DNA of 64,000 bases, taken from positions 1-64,000 of the forward strand of contig JAUCBJ010009063.1 in NCBI GenBank assembly GCA_032718475.1, written 5' to 3'. Numbering within the stretch: position 1 is the stretch's first letter; each line of letters opens with the position of its first letter. This DNA comes from Nemertoderma westbladi (taxonomy: Eukaryota > Animalia > Xenacoelomorpha). The notes under the pieces are model-generated. The model was not told the DNA's origin, did not search any database, and saw only the letters and a list, made by a program, of their open reading frames with translations. Shown here piece by piece: positions 12,490-24,641 of this stretch. The translations under genes and the position numbers were made by a program.

Positions 12490-15400
12490 ACATTATAATT
12501 CTACATAGTGGAGGGAAACCATGTCACACTAAAGGAAAAGTATGTTCAAAATGTGGTAAACTGAATCACCTACTTAAGATGTGCTGCACACCTACAGATA
12601 CCAAAGTATCGGGTTCCATTCATATAGCACATATAGGGGAGGAGCGTAATAAACCCATAATTCCTATTAATTTTTACAAAATAGGGGGAGAATTTATGGG
12701 TAATAAACTGTGTGTAGCAGATACTGGCGCTCAAATAAAAACTGCTGGTCCCGAGGTTCTCTATGACTGGCATATAGGCCGATATAGACTAAAAAATTCA
12801 GATTCCCCACTCACTGAGGCCAATGGTAAACAAATTAAATATAAGGGCCGCATGAAGATGGTGCTAAAAGTCAGAAACAAAGAAGTCCAGGAATGGGTAT
12901 ATATATATATATGTCCTGAAAGGGAGGTTTTTATATCCCTATCTGGCTGTCTAGGATTGGGAATCGTACATCCTGACTTACCCCACCCCAGTTACCAAAT
13001 GAACTCATTAGACAGCAATGGGACACTTACCTACATTGATGCATCACCCACTGACATTGATTCCACTCTTACCAACAGGTCACCCACTGTCACTATTGAG
13101 ACACTCACCAGTCTCCGACAGAACACTTGGATCTTGTCTCTTCACCACCTTGGACGCAAAAACAAGTTTCTGGCATTCGACCTTGAAGAGGACTCCTGTG
13201 ACCTCACTACATTTATTACACCTTGGGGGTGTTTTAGATACTGTAGGGCATCCATGGGGTTTACCAGTACTGGGGACGCCTACAATTATAGGGGGGACTT
13301 GGCCTTACAGGGCTTGCAACATATCCACAAGATCATGGATGACGTACTTCTTGAGAGTACAAACATCAGTGATTACATTGAGTTGGTACGCAATGTACTT
13401 CAGCATTGTCGTGACAACTCAATTACCCTAAATCCGAAAAAATTTAATTTCGCACAAAAGCGAGTTAAATTTGCTGGTTTTATAATATCAGCAGATGGTA
13501 TCGAGGCAGACCGTGAGAAGGTTAGAGCAATCCAGGATTACGAAAAATATAACAGATAACAGATCTGCGAAGTTTTATGGGATTAACTAGCCAACTTGGT
13601 TGTTTCTCGTTGGAAGTAAGCAAGGCTGCATCACCATTGCATCGTATCGCATCGCCTTCTCCAAACGTGTAATGAATGGGTATGGCTGGCAATGCATGAC
13701 GAGGCATTTCGCAATGTTAAACTTGCATTAATAAAACTGGTCAATCCGGATCGTGAAACCCATCTGGAAACAGATGCCAGCCATAAACATGGATTAGGTT
13801 ACGATTTACTCCAGCAACACGGCAATATCTACAAACTAATTGCATGTGGCAGTGGGCCACAATTGAGCTGGAGTGTGCAGCTATTAAATATGGCATTACC
13901 AAGTGTAGACTATACCTGGATTACCTGGATTTGCAGTAGTTACGGACCACCAGCCCTTACTCACCATGTTTAATTGCTACATGCTGGATCAAATTGATAA
14001 TCATAAAATCCAAAGAATTAAAGCAGACTTGCAATCTGCCTACCAATTCCACCTAGAGTGGAAGCCTGTTGGTAAAGGTAGAAAAAGGTGATGAAAAAGA
14101 TGAATCCATGTCACTAGGGATTTCATCAATTACAATGGCAATAGGAGCTAATGAACCGAATGAGGGGACCACAAAGGAGGCACACGACCCTATTGTGGAT
14201 GAACTTCACCATATCACATTGGTGGACCCTGAATACACTGAGTTAATCGATCAGATCCTTGGGGGATTTCAAACAATCCATAAGGCCTCAGACTCAGTCA
14301 AACTTTTTAAATCAATAAGGAATGGCATTCCCTCATCAAGGAATGACGAGGACAAAACAATGTGCGTGCCAAACGATATACTGGCCCGGAATTGGCTGGG
14401 ACATTGCGGCAATGACACGGGAATGCTACCGAAAGAAACTCTCAAGGCGGATGACCCACCTACCCAACCATTTCAGTGCGCATCTGCAGACCTATTCAAA
14501 TTTAGGAGACGCAATTTCTTGGTATATACCGACTGCTTGTCTGGTTACCCAAGCATCACGGAGTGGCAAAGAATACCATGTGCCAGACTAGTAACCTCTG
14601 CATTACGCAAACACTTTGTAGACTTGGGGGTTCCCATGGTATAAAGAACCGATGGGGGGCCACAATTTCCAGCCTGTTTCACCAGGGATTTCCTGAAATG
14701 TTCGGGCGTTGCCTGGAAACCTAGCATACCCCACTACCCAACCAGTAATGGTCACACTGAGGCGTCAGTAAAATGTCTCAAGTCATTACTGGCAAAGTGT
14801 TCTCAACCAGACATTCACTCGGAGGAATTCCTCCAATGACTTGTGGAACTCCGAAATTGTCCTCGCAGTGATGGAGCATCCCCAAGTGAACGCATGTTTG
14901 GCAGATTAATACGAACACGCTTACCTGCCCACCACACGCTGTACCCACAGATGGCGAGATGAGGCTGACGAAACAGACACAGCTGCTGCCTGTCACCGTG
15001 AGAAAACGGAAGAATTATTCAACCACACCGCCACTGATCTACCCAGCTTCACAATCGGGTCCAATATTCGTATACAAGACTCAAATACTGACCAGCTGGC
15101 CACATATTGGTATGATTGTCGGTGTGGGTAGAAACCGGGATTATATGGTTAAACTACCATCGGGACACACCTGGTTTCAAAACCGACGCTTTCTTAGACC
15201 ATATTACATATTACTGAAGAAAGATTTAGATATTACACCAGATGTGTACGTAAATGAAAGTAATACTGAAACTAAGTTTTCAGCTGAAACTGAAAATAAA
15301 CCTTACACAATGCCTCGGCAAAGCGAACGGCTTCAAAACTAAAAAGTTCACTGGTGAATTTAATTCATCAACGATTTAGACTGTCAAAATCGAAAAAAAA

Positions 15401-15640
15401 GGAAAGGGAGAGTTGTGATAGACCAATATAATTAAGTCATACTTAACCTGGTGGAGGGTTACTGTTTTGGTTACATACAATATATAATGTTGAGCACCTA
15501 TGTACTAAGTAGTACTAAGTAGAGTACTAAGTATAATGCTTTAGGATAGCAGTGTACTTAAGTGTAACAGTGGTTACCAGTACTGATTGACATGGCAGTA
15601 CTGAACATTATATAGACCTGTATATTAATGGCGTTTTTAT
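12490..15640 (+). mobile_element. Degenerate Ty3/Gypsy LTR retrotransposon (gag knuckle, PR, RT, RNase H, IN, PPT, 3' LTR)
   Basis: CSKCGKLNHLLKMC, VADTGAQ, TTFITPWG...IMDDVL, LETDAS, SADLF, RTDGGPQF, PHYPTSNG. Polypurine tract 15392-15412 followed by TGTGATA. Many frameshifts and deletions; no 5' LTR found. Confidence 0.9.
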
Positions 15641-15654
15641 ATTGTTATTCTGCT

Positions 15655-15880
15655 CTCTTGAGTGTCCAGTGATCCATAGAAGGACGGAGACACACCAGCC
15701 TTGGGTTCTGCTCTGGCCTCCATAAGAAGCTCACCATCCTGACCTCTCGCCTCAAAGTTGCATATATGGATGATGTCTCAGCTGGGGACAACTGGGAGAA
15801 AGTGTGCTTCAGGAACTCATTGAATTCCGCAAAGCTTGCGAAGAAATTGGCTTATTCTGAATACAGCGAAGTGTGAGGTC
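15655..15880 (+). pseudogene. CRE-like retrotransposon, RT part 2 (YMDD)
   Basis: LGFCSGLHKKLTILTSRLKVAYMDDVSAGD...EEIGL..LNTAKCEV. Confidence 0.75.
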
Positions 15881-15978
15881 CATCTTCTCATCTGCAAATC
15901 TATTAATTACTATTAATCTGCTATCTGCATCTGCTATCTGCATTCTGCTTGACCGTATAGCCGTGTTGGCTAATCTAC

Positions 15979-17528
15979 ATGACTGAGATTGGTAATAAAT
16001 CGCTGGCCGGCGGCGGGGTGCCTGATGGCACTTCGCCGGGATCGGTTGGCGTGCTATCTGGTGTTGGTACACGATCACGTGTCTCTGTCTCTGATGTTGG
16101 TATTGGTGCTGAGATAGATTCGCAGGTTACTGGTACCGGTTCGGGTACCGGTAGCGGTAATTTGGATTTCGGTAGTGTGGTTCAAGGACACACTCCAAGC
16201 GTCAGTTCAACTATTGTTAACTCGTGTCTATCTGCTGTGCTGCAGGGTATTAGCTCTGTTGATACTGAAGTAGTCGTATCGCGTTGTCTCTCGCGATTTA
16301 CGCCTGAGGAGGTGTGGGCAGCTAAAGTGATTTTATTTGCCCAGTCGAGCGGTGAGTGTCGTAACAGGCGTGACACTTCCGACAGAAGTGCTGCAGTGGC
16401 AAATATGAAGGATATCGTGGATAAAATCAAGGATCTCGATCGGTCTGGTTCTCTTCCTGTGATTGCGGTGGGAGCCCTTGATGCGCTTTCCTTGCCTTCG
16501 TTTGATGTCTCAGCTAGCAGTAGTGCTGGCGCTGGGGACAACGGGATGAATAGTGCGGAGAATACTTTGGTGTTTACGCTTGTAACTGAATGATTTTGTA
16601 AACTTGAATCTAATATGAAAGATGAGTTTAGATCTCTTGAGGGTAGACTTATGAATAAACTTAATGGTATCGACAAACCGGCTGGTAACAATTTCCCGCA
16701 ACCGCCCCTCCCCTCAGGCTGGCAGGGTTACGTGGTCCTGGTGGTGGGGGCGGAGCGGCTAATCTCCATGGACCTCCGACTATGGAGAGGTCGTTCCGAA
16801 ATGTGGTGGCGGATCGTAGGAATTGTTCTCCACATTCTGGGTCGGCTGTCTGGAAGTTGGCTGGAGCGCGCCCGAAATTACTTGAAACAGTTCAGGTTGA
16901 TCCGCAAACGAATAATCGGCTCGGGTATGGTTACTTCAATCCGCTTGCTACACCGCGAGCGTCGAGTAATCAAGTTGCTGAGGAAAGAGGCAGTGTCAAA
17001 CGACCGCCCCATTTGTCTGACACGGATGGCGACGCTGGTGATGACACCAATGAGGTGCTTTTTGATTCTGAGATGGAGATTCTTCCAGACAAAGAGAATA
17101 CTGATTGGACAGTTAAACATTCGCGGAAGGGTACTCGTTTGGCTCGCAAGCAGCAGAAAGTTCCCCTCCCAAAAAAGCAACTTCCGAATCGTGCGATTGT
17201 GGGTACTAAAGGTTCCCCCGTGACAGTAAGTGACTCTGGGAATCCCCAGTTGCGGGCCGCTCCGACAGAGTTATTCGTCTATCGGGTGGCGCCGGAGGTA
17301 ACTGTGTCGCAGATGTCTACTTGGTTAGCTGACAAAGGGTTGTCAGTGTAAGCACGTGACATTAAGCGTGTATCGCGCCCAGAGGCGCGGGCTGCGAGTT
17401 TCAGGGTGGGGTTACGAGCGAGTCAACTCGACGCCGCTTTCAATCCCGATGTGTGGCCGCGGGGTGTCCATGTATGTGAGTGGACTTACCGGCCTTCTGA
17501 TCGTGGTGGTAACGGTACATTTGCTTAA
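15979..17528 (+). pseudogene. LINE ORF1, disrupted, with coiled coil and C-terminal RRM-like domain
   Basis: FTPEEVWAAKVILF...DIVDKI...LP motif; TGA at 16591; frameshift near 16700-16780; TAA at 17349; then SFRVGL...FNPDVWPRGVHVCEW, ending TAA 17526-17528. Confidence 0.8.
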
Positions 17529-17543
17529 TTAACTAACGGAGCG

Positions 17544-20500
17544 ATGGCGAATGCCTGTAACTCAAAAAACCTTAGCGGTAACAATATTGGGGCGAACTCT
17601 GATTCATCGATGGAGTCTCTATCAGTTATATCTTATAACAGTACTGGCCTCGGGTTAGACAAAGTTGAATTTATTAATGCATTGTTATGCAGTTCAAAAA
17701 TTGTATGCTTACAGGAACATTTTTTGTTGTCAGCGAATTGCACTAAATTTAAGGGTTTATTCCCCAACCATAATTTCAATGCAGTGCCAGCGTATTTCAA
17801 TGATGATAATGTAGGTAGAGGTAGACCCAGCGGTGGCCTCTGTATTTTATGGTGTAAATCAATATCTAAATATATTCGTGTAGTTAAAACTAATAATCCA
17901 TGCTTGCAAGCACTAGAGTTGAAATTGCCGGGTGGAAATCTTTTACTTTTAAACACATATTTTCCGACAGATTCACGGACCATGGAATCACTTTCCGATG
18001 ACTTTCTGTGTATTTTAAATGATATTGACGATGTCATATCAAGAACGTCTAGTACCAGTGTGATATGGGCGGGAGATTTAAATGCTGATTTCTTACGTAC
18101 GTCAGCTTCTGTGCAATATTTAAAGGGTTTTTTAGAAAACATTGCGCTTTCTCGCGTGTGGAATGTATTCCCTATAGATTATACTTACCTTTTTATGTTT
18201 GATAATGTCATACATCGTTCTACTATAGATCACTTTATTGTGAGAAGGGATGTACTAGATGCGTGTTATGAGGCTGATGTTATACATTCTGGTTCAAATC
18301 TATCTAACCACAGTGCAATATATATGAAATTTAAAGTAGGTTTATTAAATTTTGATGTAGTTGAAAATGAGAAATCCTCTAGAAGTTTGTTTTCCAAAGC
18401 TTCCACTGATGATATCTCGCTATTTTTGAGTAGTTTAAATACCAATCTTCAGAATATTAATTTACATTCCGATTGTTTTAATTGCAATGATTTGTTGTGC
18501 ACATCTCCAGAACATCGACTTTGTTTAGATAATTACTCGCTTGATATTTTAAAGGCTTTAGATACAGCTGCAGCATGTTTGCCTCAAACTGGCGGAAGTC
18601 AGCAGGCCAATGGTAGATCTCGTACTATTCCAGGATGGAACCAATATGTGAAAGGTTTCAAAACGGAGGCTATGTTCTGGTTCGATGTTTGGAGGTCAGC
18701 TGGGAGACCAGTTGCCAATAGTTATTTGAATTTCATGCGTAGGCAGTCTAGAGCACAGTATAAATATGCTGTCCGTAGGCTAAAGCGGACTCAGAATTTG
18801 GTTAAACACGATAAAATTTTGGATGCTTGTTTGTCTGGGAATGGATGCATTTTTGATGCGATTAAAAAACTGCGAGGTAATCAGTCTGTTGTAAGTGGTT
18901 CGGTGGGTGGCTGTACTGATCCAGCAGAAATTGCGAATAATTTTGCAAGGGTCTACCAGGATCTGTACAACCAACCTGTATCCGGTACCAATACGCATAA
19001 AATGACTGAAGTAAATAATTTAGTTCGAATTGAAATTGAAAGTAGAATCGATGAAGTTCACCTGCTAGGTAGTGAAAATTGTGCGGGTCACAGTGAATTT
19101 ATTTCCACTTCTGATGTTCACGAGGCCCTTTTGAATTTAAAAAATGCTAAATTTGATGTGGCATATTCTTTTGACTCTGGTGTATTAATTAATGGTGGCC
19201 CCGTTTTAGATAGTCATTTAGCAAAGTTGTTTAATTATTTTCTATCGCACGGTTTTGTGTCTAATAGTTTACTGTCAATTTCGTTTGTTCCTATAGTTAA
19301 AAATAATCTTGGTGATTTATCTGATGATAACAATTATAGAGCTATTGCTATCTGTGCATTATTGTTGAAAGTTTTTGAATGGTTAATGCTTATCAGTCAA
19401 GGAGACAAGTTGCGTCTTGACGATTTGCAATTTGGTTTCCGCATAAAGTCTAGTACAGTCATGTGCACCTGGTCCGCCTCTGAAGTGATAAATTATTATT
19501 CTCGTAATTCTACACCGGTGTATGGCTGCCTTTTAGATTTCACGAAGGCCTTTGATTTAGTCGAATGGCCAAAATTATTCCTAGAGCTAATTAAAAAGGG
19601 ATTTTCTGTCTTATATTTGAGATGTCTGTTATTTATTTATAAAAACCAAATTTGTTCAGTTAAATGGTTAAACGCTCTCTCTTTTCAATTTAATACTTCG
19701 AATGGAGTGCGTCAGGGTTCAGTTTGTTCCCCGATTTTGTTTTGTGTGGTATTGAATATATTAATTAAGTCACTGCGATCTTGTAGGGTGGGGTGTTTTG
19801 TAGGAGGGCAGTATTTTGGTGTTTTGGCGTACGCTGATGATGTTCTTCTTTTGTGCCCATCAGTGTCCGGTCTGCAGTTTATGGTTAATATATGCCAAAG
19901 GTTTTGTAGAGAATTTGGTTTGCGACTTAGTGTAAGTAGTGACCAATCCAAAAGTAAATGTAAGTGTATCCCTTTTAGCAAATGTTGGAACCCACCAACT
20001 GCGTTAATTGTTATAGGTAACTGTGTTTTGCCTTGGGACAAAAAGGCAACCCATTTGGGCAATGTGCTAGATTATAAGTGCTGTTTTTCAGATGACATTT
20101 TGTTGAAACGGGGTAAATTAATAGGTAAACTTAATAATCTTAAACAAGAATTTTATTACTGTCACCCGGCAAATGTAACTTACATTCAACGTTTATATGC
20201 TTTAGATTTGTATGGTAGTAGTTTATGGAATTTTCAATCAATGGAATGTAAGAAGTTTTTCAATAGTTGGAATACTAACGTTCGAATTGTTTGTGGTTTA
20301 CCTTATAACTCGCATAGGTTTATAGTAGAAGGTTTGGTTAATTTTCCTCATCCTTGGATCTCAATGTGTAAAAATTTTATTAACTTTACTAATTCGATTA
20401 TTTCTTCAGATAGATTGTGTCTGCGGTTCCTAGGCTACCGATTTCTATACGATTGTAGGAGTACTAGTGGGTGTAATTTACGGTATATTGCAAATCTCAT

Positions 20501-20696
20501 TGGTATATCAGATATTACGCAATTAACTGCTAATTTGGTAGCTAGAAAACTTAAGTATTCTATTTGTGCAGTTGAAGATGAGTGGAGAATTACCTTGTGC
20601 AGAGAATTAATTGATGCGATCTCCAATGTTGCTTCTGTAGATAATTTTTCAAATATTGAGCTGAAATCTATATTGGATTACGTTTCATCTGTCTAA
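17544..20696 (+). CDS. LINE ORF2, intact APE endonuclease plus reverse transcriptase (1050 aa)
   Basis: SYNSTG, CLQEH, GRPSGGL, AGDLNAD, TIDHF, SNHSAI; YRAIA, QFGFR, LDFTKAFD, GVRQGSVCSP, YADD, HLGN, LYGSSLW. Confidence 0.95.
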   Translation: MANACNSKNLSGNNIGANSDSSMESLSVISYNSTGLGLDKVEFINALLCSSKIVCLQEHFLLSANCTKFKGLFPNHNFNAVPAYFNDDNVGRGRPSGGLCILWCKSISKYIRVVKTNNPCLQALELKLPGGNLLLLNTYFPTDSRTMESLSDDFLCILNDIDDVISRTSSTSVIWAGDLNADFLRTSASVQYLKGFLENIALSRVWNVFPIDYTYLFMFDNVIHRSTIDHFIVRRDVLDACYEADVIHSGSNLSNHSAIYMKFKVGLLNFDVVENEKSSRSLFSKASTDDISLFLSSLNTNLQNINLHSDCFNCNDLLCTSPEHRLCLDNYSLDILKALDTAAACLPQTGGSQQANGRSRTIPGWNQYVKGFKTEAMFWFDVWRSAGRPVANSYLNFMRRQSRAQYKYAVRRLKRTQNLVKHDKILDACLSGNGCIFDAIKKLRGNQSVVSGSVGGCTDPAEIANNFARVYQDLYNQPVSGTNTHKMTEVNNLVRIEIESRIDEVHLLGSENCAGHSEFISTSDVHEALLNLKNAKFDVAYSFDSGVLINGGPVLDSHLAKLFNYFLSHGFVSNSLLSISFVPIVKNNLGDLSDDNNYRAIAICALLLKVFEWLMLISQGDKLRLDDLQFGFRIKSSTVMCTWSASEVINYYSRNSTPVYGCLLDFTKAFDLVEWPKLFLELIKKGFSVLYLRCLLFIYKNQICSVKWLNALSFQFNTSNGVRQGSVCSPILFCVVLNILIKSLRSCRVGCFVGGQYFGVLAYADDVLLLCPSVSGLQFMVNICQRFCREFGLRLSVSSDQSKSKCKCIPFSKCWNPPTALIVIGNCVLPWDKKATHLGNVLDYKCCFSDDILLKRGKLIGKLNNLKQEFYYCHPANVTYIQRLYALDLYGSSLWNFQSMECKKFFNSWNTNVRIVCGLPYNSHRFIVEGLVNFPHPWISMCKNFINFTNSIISSDRLCLRFLGYRFLYDCRSTSGCNLRYIANLIGISDITQLTANLVARKLKYSICAVEDEWRITLCRELIDAISNVASVDNFSNIELKSILDYVSSV

Positions 20697-20861
20697 TTTT
20701 GTGGTTTTGGTGTTTTTGTTTGGTGTTCCTTCATTTACTGCCGTTTATGTTCAACCATTAGTACAAATTGTGCTCTATCTACACCATGTATCTATGTAAG
20801 TACAGTGCATACTTTGTTCCCAGGTAACTGGTGTACGTGAATAATAATAATAATAATAAAA

Positions 20862-21320
20862 AATGCACCGCCTATCACAGAAGCCTTTCAACAAGAGCTC
20901 CCTGGTATAAGGATCATTCCATCTAAGGACCTCACACTCCTCGGCTCACCCATCGGTTGTGATGCACTAAATGCTGCACTAATCGAGAAGGGACAAGCCA
21001 TAGATACATTGGCAGACTACATCAAGACTACCTTTCTACTGAAGAACTGCCTGGGGATCCCAAAGCTGACATCCTACTCACTGCCCCAACATTCACAGTA
21101 CCAAATATCCTCTCCAATATAGATGCCAGCCTTTGCACTGCCCTGGAAGTAATCACAAATTGCACACTAACAGGTACTGCTTGGACCCAAGCAACACTAC
21201 CGTGCTGCCTGGCACGGTAGTATATTTATCATATTTATCTATTATGAACAAATCTAGCACTACGAGACCCCATGTACTCCCAACGAGAGTGGCTTACCCC
21301 AATCTACAAACTCCATGAAA
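20862..21320 (+). pseudogene. CRE-like retrotransposon part 3 (post-RT region)
   Basis: LTLLGSPIG, FLLKNCLGIPKL, AWTQATLP and QREWLTPIY are all typical of CRE-type ORFs. Confidence 0.75.
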
Positions 21321-21344
21321 TGTAATGTAATGTAATTTTCAATA

Positions 21345-21562
21345 TATGAAATGTAATTTTCAAAAAACGTCTCAAAAAAAGTGCCAAAAGTAGGGTTAAA
21401 AGATGGTGCTATAACTCGAAAACTTCTCAATATTTTGGAAAACCGTTTTCATTATTAAGGGGACAATAGATTTTTAGGAAAAGTCATAAAATTTCAGAAT
21501 CCCTACTAGGTTTGTTTCCGAGTTATAACTAAACACCCCTCCCCCCCCGGGGTTTAATAGGG
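21345..21562 (+). mobile_element. 3' terminal fragment of the piggyBac-like non-autonomous element
   Basis: Matches 3640-3871 and 33985-34225. Ends GGTTTAATAGGG. Confidence 0.85.
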
Positions 21563-21567
21563 TTTAA

Positions 21568-22020
21568 GGGGGGGGGGGGGGGGGGGGTGGGGGTGCGTTG
21601 GGTAGCCCCCTACGTTTTTTTCTTATCTTCTACATGTCTCCATTGTGGTTGATGAATGCATAGAGAACGATATACCATCGAAAAGAGAATCATAAAATAT
21701 ACATAAGAATTAGAAAAACATTTTTGGTGACCCCCAGCGGCCCGCCTGAGATTTTACAAATCTACTAAAAAGACTACTCCACTATTTTCCATTTTACTTT
21801 CCGATACCACATTTTTTGGAATCAGCATATTCATTTTCATCATCATATTTTCATCATATTATTGTATTCTATTTCTGATAAGTGGCAAGTTTGTAAACGA
21901 AAATTCAACATTATCTTAAAAAACGGTAAAAACCCATGTTTTTTGTAATTTTTCATTAAAAAAAGTTAAATTAATTCTGCTCTAGATGAAATAAAAAACA
22001 AATTTCTAAAATTTTTAGCG
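21568..22020 (+). mobile_element. Diverged Kolobok-like element fragment
   Basis: Starts TTAA|poly-G and shares CCCCCAGCGG, TTTTTGGA(A/C)TCAGC and ATTCTGCTCTAG(A/G)TGAAATAAA with 10616-11479. Confidence 0.55.
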
Positions 22021-23080
22021 TAGTATGAAGCTTAATTTACCTCAATGTAGGCCTGTGGGTAGCTAGAAATTACAGTATATATCTGCAACATTTAGGTCAT
22101 GATATTGAAGCTGTTCTTTACGACCCTGATACTAGAATTTGCGCTTAGATTCCAACTACAAGTACTGTTTAAGATTTAGTATTAGTATTAGTATTATTAT
22201 TAGTATTAGTAATTCAATTTTGTTGAATTTACTTTGTCCAATATTGATACGTGCCATTGACGTGTAATAAAGAAAATAATTACAAATTAGTATAATAATG
22301 AAAACCCACCTTGATATTTAATAGGCAACCTTGAATTATAATATCCGTTACCCCTGGGTAGAAAATAGAATTCAGTATAGAATGTTTCTCACTGTGAATT
22401 TTTACTTTAAGCAACGTAATTTATATATAAGCCGAATAATGAATAGCTGGTGAGGGATATCATTCATTAACTATATCCTACTGGGTAAACGCTTGGATAA
22501 ACAAAAGCAACACAACTAGAGAATATTAATAGCTCAGTGTTAACAACTGTACACCATGTTATGTTAATTAGCCCTGCTTGGAATAAATTGACGAAAGGAC
22601 TATTATTTCATGCAAACACGTTTCTAATCACTCCGGAAGCTTTCTAATTCTGGTTTCTACCTTATAAAAATAATTATCTGTTTTCTTCGAATAACACACG
22701 GAGTGGATCCCAAGAGATTCCTATTGTGTTGTCGCTTGCTTTACATTTAATACTTCTAAATTAACATTTGCATTCGTTTTAAGAAAAGAAATGGAACAAA
22801 CAATCGCTGTGGTAACTTTTCTTCGTAAAAGAAACCCCATGTGTCTTAAAGATTGAATACTAATGAATACACATGAAGGTACTCAGTCTATAGCATTCTC
22901 TCTTTTATAAGCTAAATAAAGGATGAGGCCTGCATGGTTGATTCCTTTCAAAGGAATCATAACAAACAGGTAACCCGCATTTCCTATCTAATATGTAATT
23001 AACTACTTTTACACAAATAATATACAGTATATATGTTGAATTTGAACTGGTAATAAAAAGGGTTAATGTAAATTTTTCCT

Positions 23081-23563
23081 GATATAGCTGTCACTATCGC
23101 ACGGGGCGGTGATACGATATAGCTGTCACTATCGCACGGGACGGTGACACGATATAGCTGTCACTATCGCACGGGACGGTGACACGATATAGCTGTCACT
23201 ATCGCACGGGACGGTGACACGATGGCTGTCACTATCGCACGGGACGGTGACACGATATAGCTGTCACTATCGCACGGGACGGTGACACGATAGAGCTGTC
23301 ACTATCGCACGGGACGGTGACACGATATAGCTGTCACTATCGCACGGGACGGTGACACGATAGCTGTCACTATCGCACGGGACGGTGCCACGATGGCTGT
23401 CACTATCGCACGGGACGGTGACACGATATAGCTGTCACTATCGCACGGGACGGTGACACGATAGCTGTCACTATCGCACGGGACGGTGACACGATAGCTG
23501 TCACTATCGCACGGGACGGTGACACGATATAGCTGTCACTATCGCACGGGACGGTGACACGAT
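23081..23563. repeat. 33-35-bp tandem repeat, about 14 copies, each unit a potential hairpin
   Basis: Unit GATATAGCTGTCACTATCGCACGGGACGGTGACAC with a TGTCAC/GTGACA stem. No spacers between units. Confidence 0.95.
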
Positions 23564-24641
23564 GTATTTAGAGATTTGTAATTAATAATGACATTTGCAT
23601 TTATGCAGTAAAAAAGTTAAGGGACCTGTCCACTTCAAGTCTTAAAATCTTTTTTTATTTATTTAAATTAAATTAAATGCTAATCATTAAATTAATTTAG
23701 TGATATAGTTTAATATATTGGTACTATAGTGATTGTGTCGTACGCTCAGACAATATAATAGTTCGAGCATTACTTATCCCACATTCTACTTGTTTCGAGA
23801 CTATAATATATTATATATGGCGTTCTATCACTTCATATCAATAACCAAATTATTAATAATCCTATAGTTCAGGCCTATTTGCCGCTTATATGAATATAAT
23901 TTATTCTAGAATATTAATTAATATATTTCTCATAATAATTAATTTTGTTATATTATAAATATATAAATAAAAAAAATAAAAATCAGAAAAGTAGTAATGT
24001 AATTAGACTTTAATTAAAGGTAGCGATTTACTAACTAATAGGGGTTGTTATTAAACTATTAAACTAAAGAGTTAAACATTAGTGTCTTCCACCATTAAAC
24101 ACATACAAAACAAACAAAAACAAAATACAATCATATTGACAGACATGCTCAACACACAGGTGTGTATCGCAAATCTACCCTAAACCTAACTGCCATACAC
24201 TAAATGTTATCGGTAGTAAATGTTAACGGAAGTTGAGCCTATTTTTTTTCTATAAGAAACAAACGACATTTTAGTCGCTGAAAAAGAGGTAGAACTACAG
24301 GGTGTGTACAAGAAAGCCTTGGCCCAAGGCAACGGGGTTTCTAATAAATTATATATTCAAAGCAAGTTCTACGTGTATCTGTACAATAATACATTATACA
24401 GCGCGGTACCGTACATTATATACGACACAAAGTTAATTAATTATTGAGATTGTCAATTCTAACCGAAAGGGCCAAGAAAACTAAAATAATTAAATTATTT
24501 ATTCTGGGAAAACTGTTACTTTATTTCCACAAAACAAGTATAGTTATGGCTTCTGACTGTCTGCGACATCTCAGCTGCTGCTTCGTCTAGACTGTTAATT
24601 ATATTCTGTAAGTAGTTAATTAGTCTAAGAATCCGTAGCAC

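Larger units (their letters stand above)
15881..20860 (+). mobile_element. Apparently full-length APE-RT LINE (RTE-X/Proto2-like; clade uncertain) with (AAT)n tail
   Basis: Short 5' UTR, ORF1, ORF2, about 145-bp 3' UTR and AATAATAATAATAATAATAAAAAA at 20840-20863. It splits the CRE-like element. Confidence 0.9.

Noticed and set aside
23081-23563. CRISPR array
   Set aside because: The repeats are contiguous with no unique spacers, there are no cas genes, and the context is eukaryotic.
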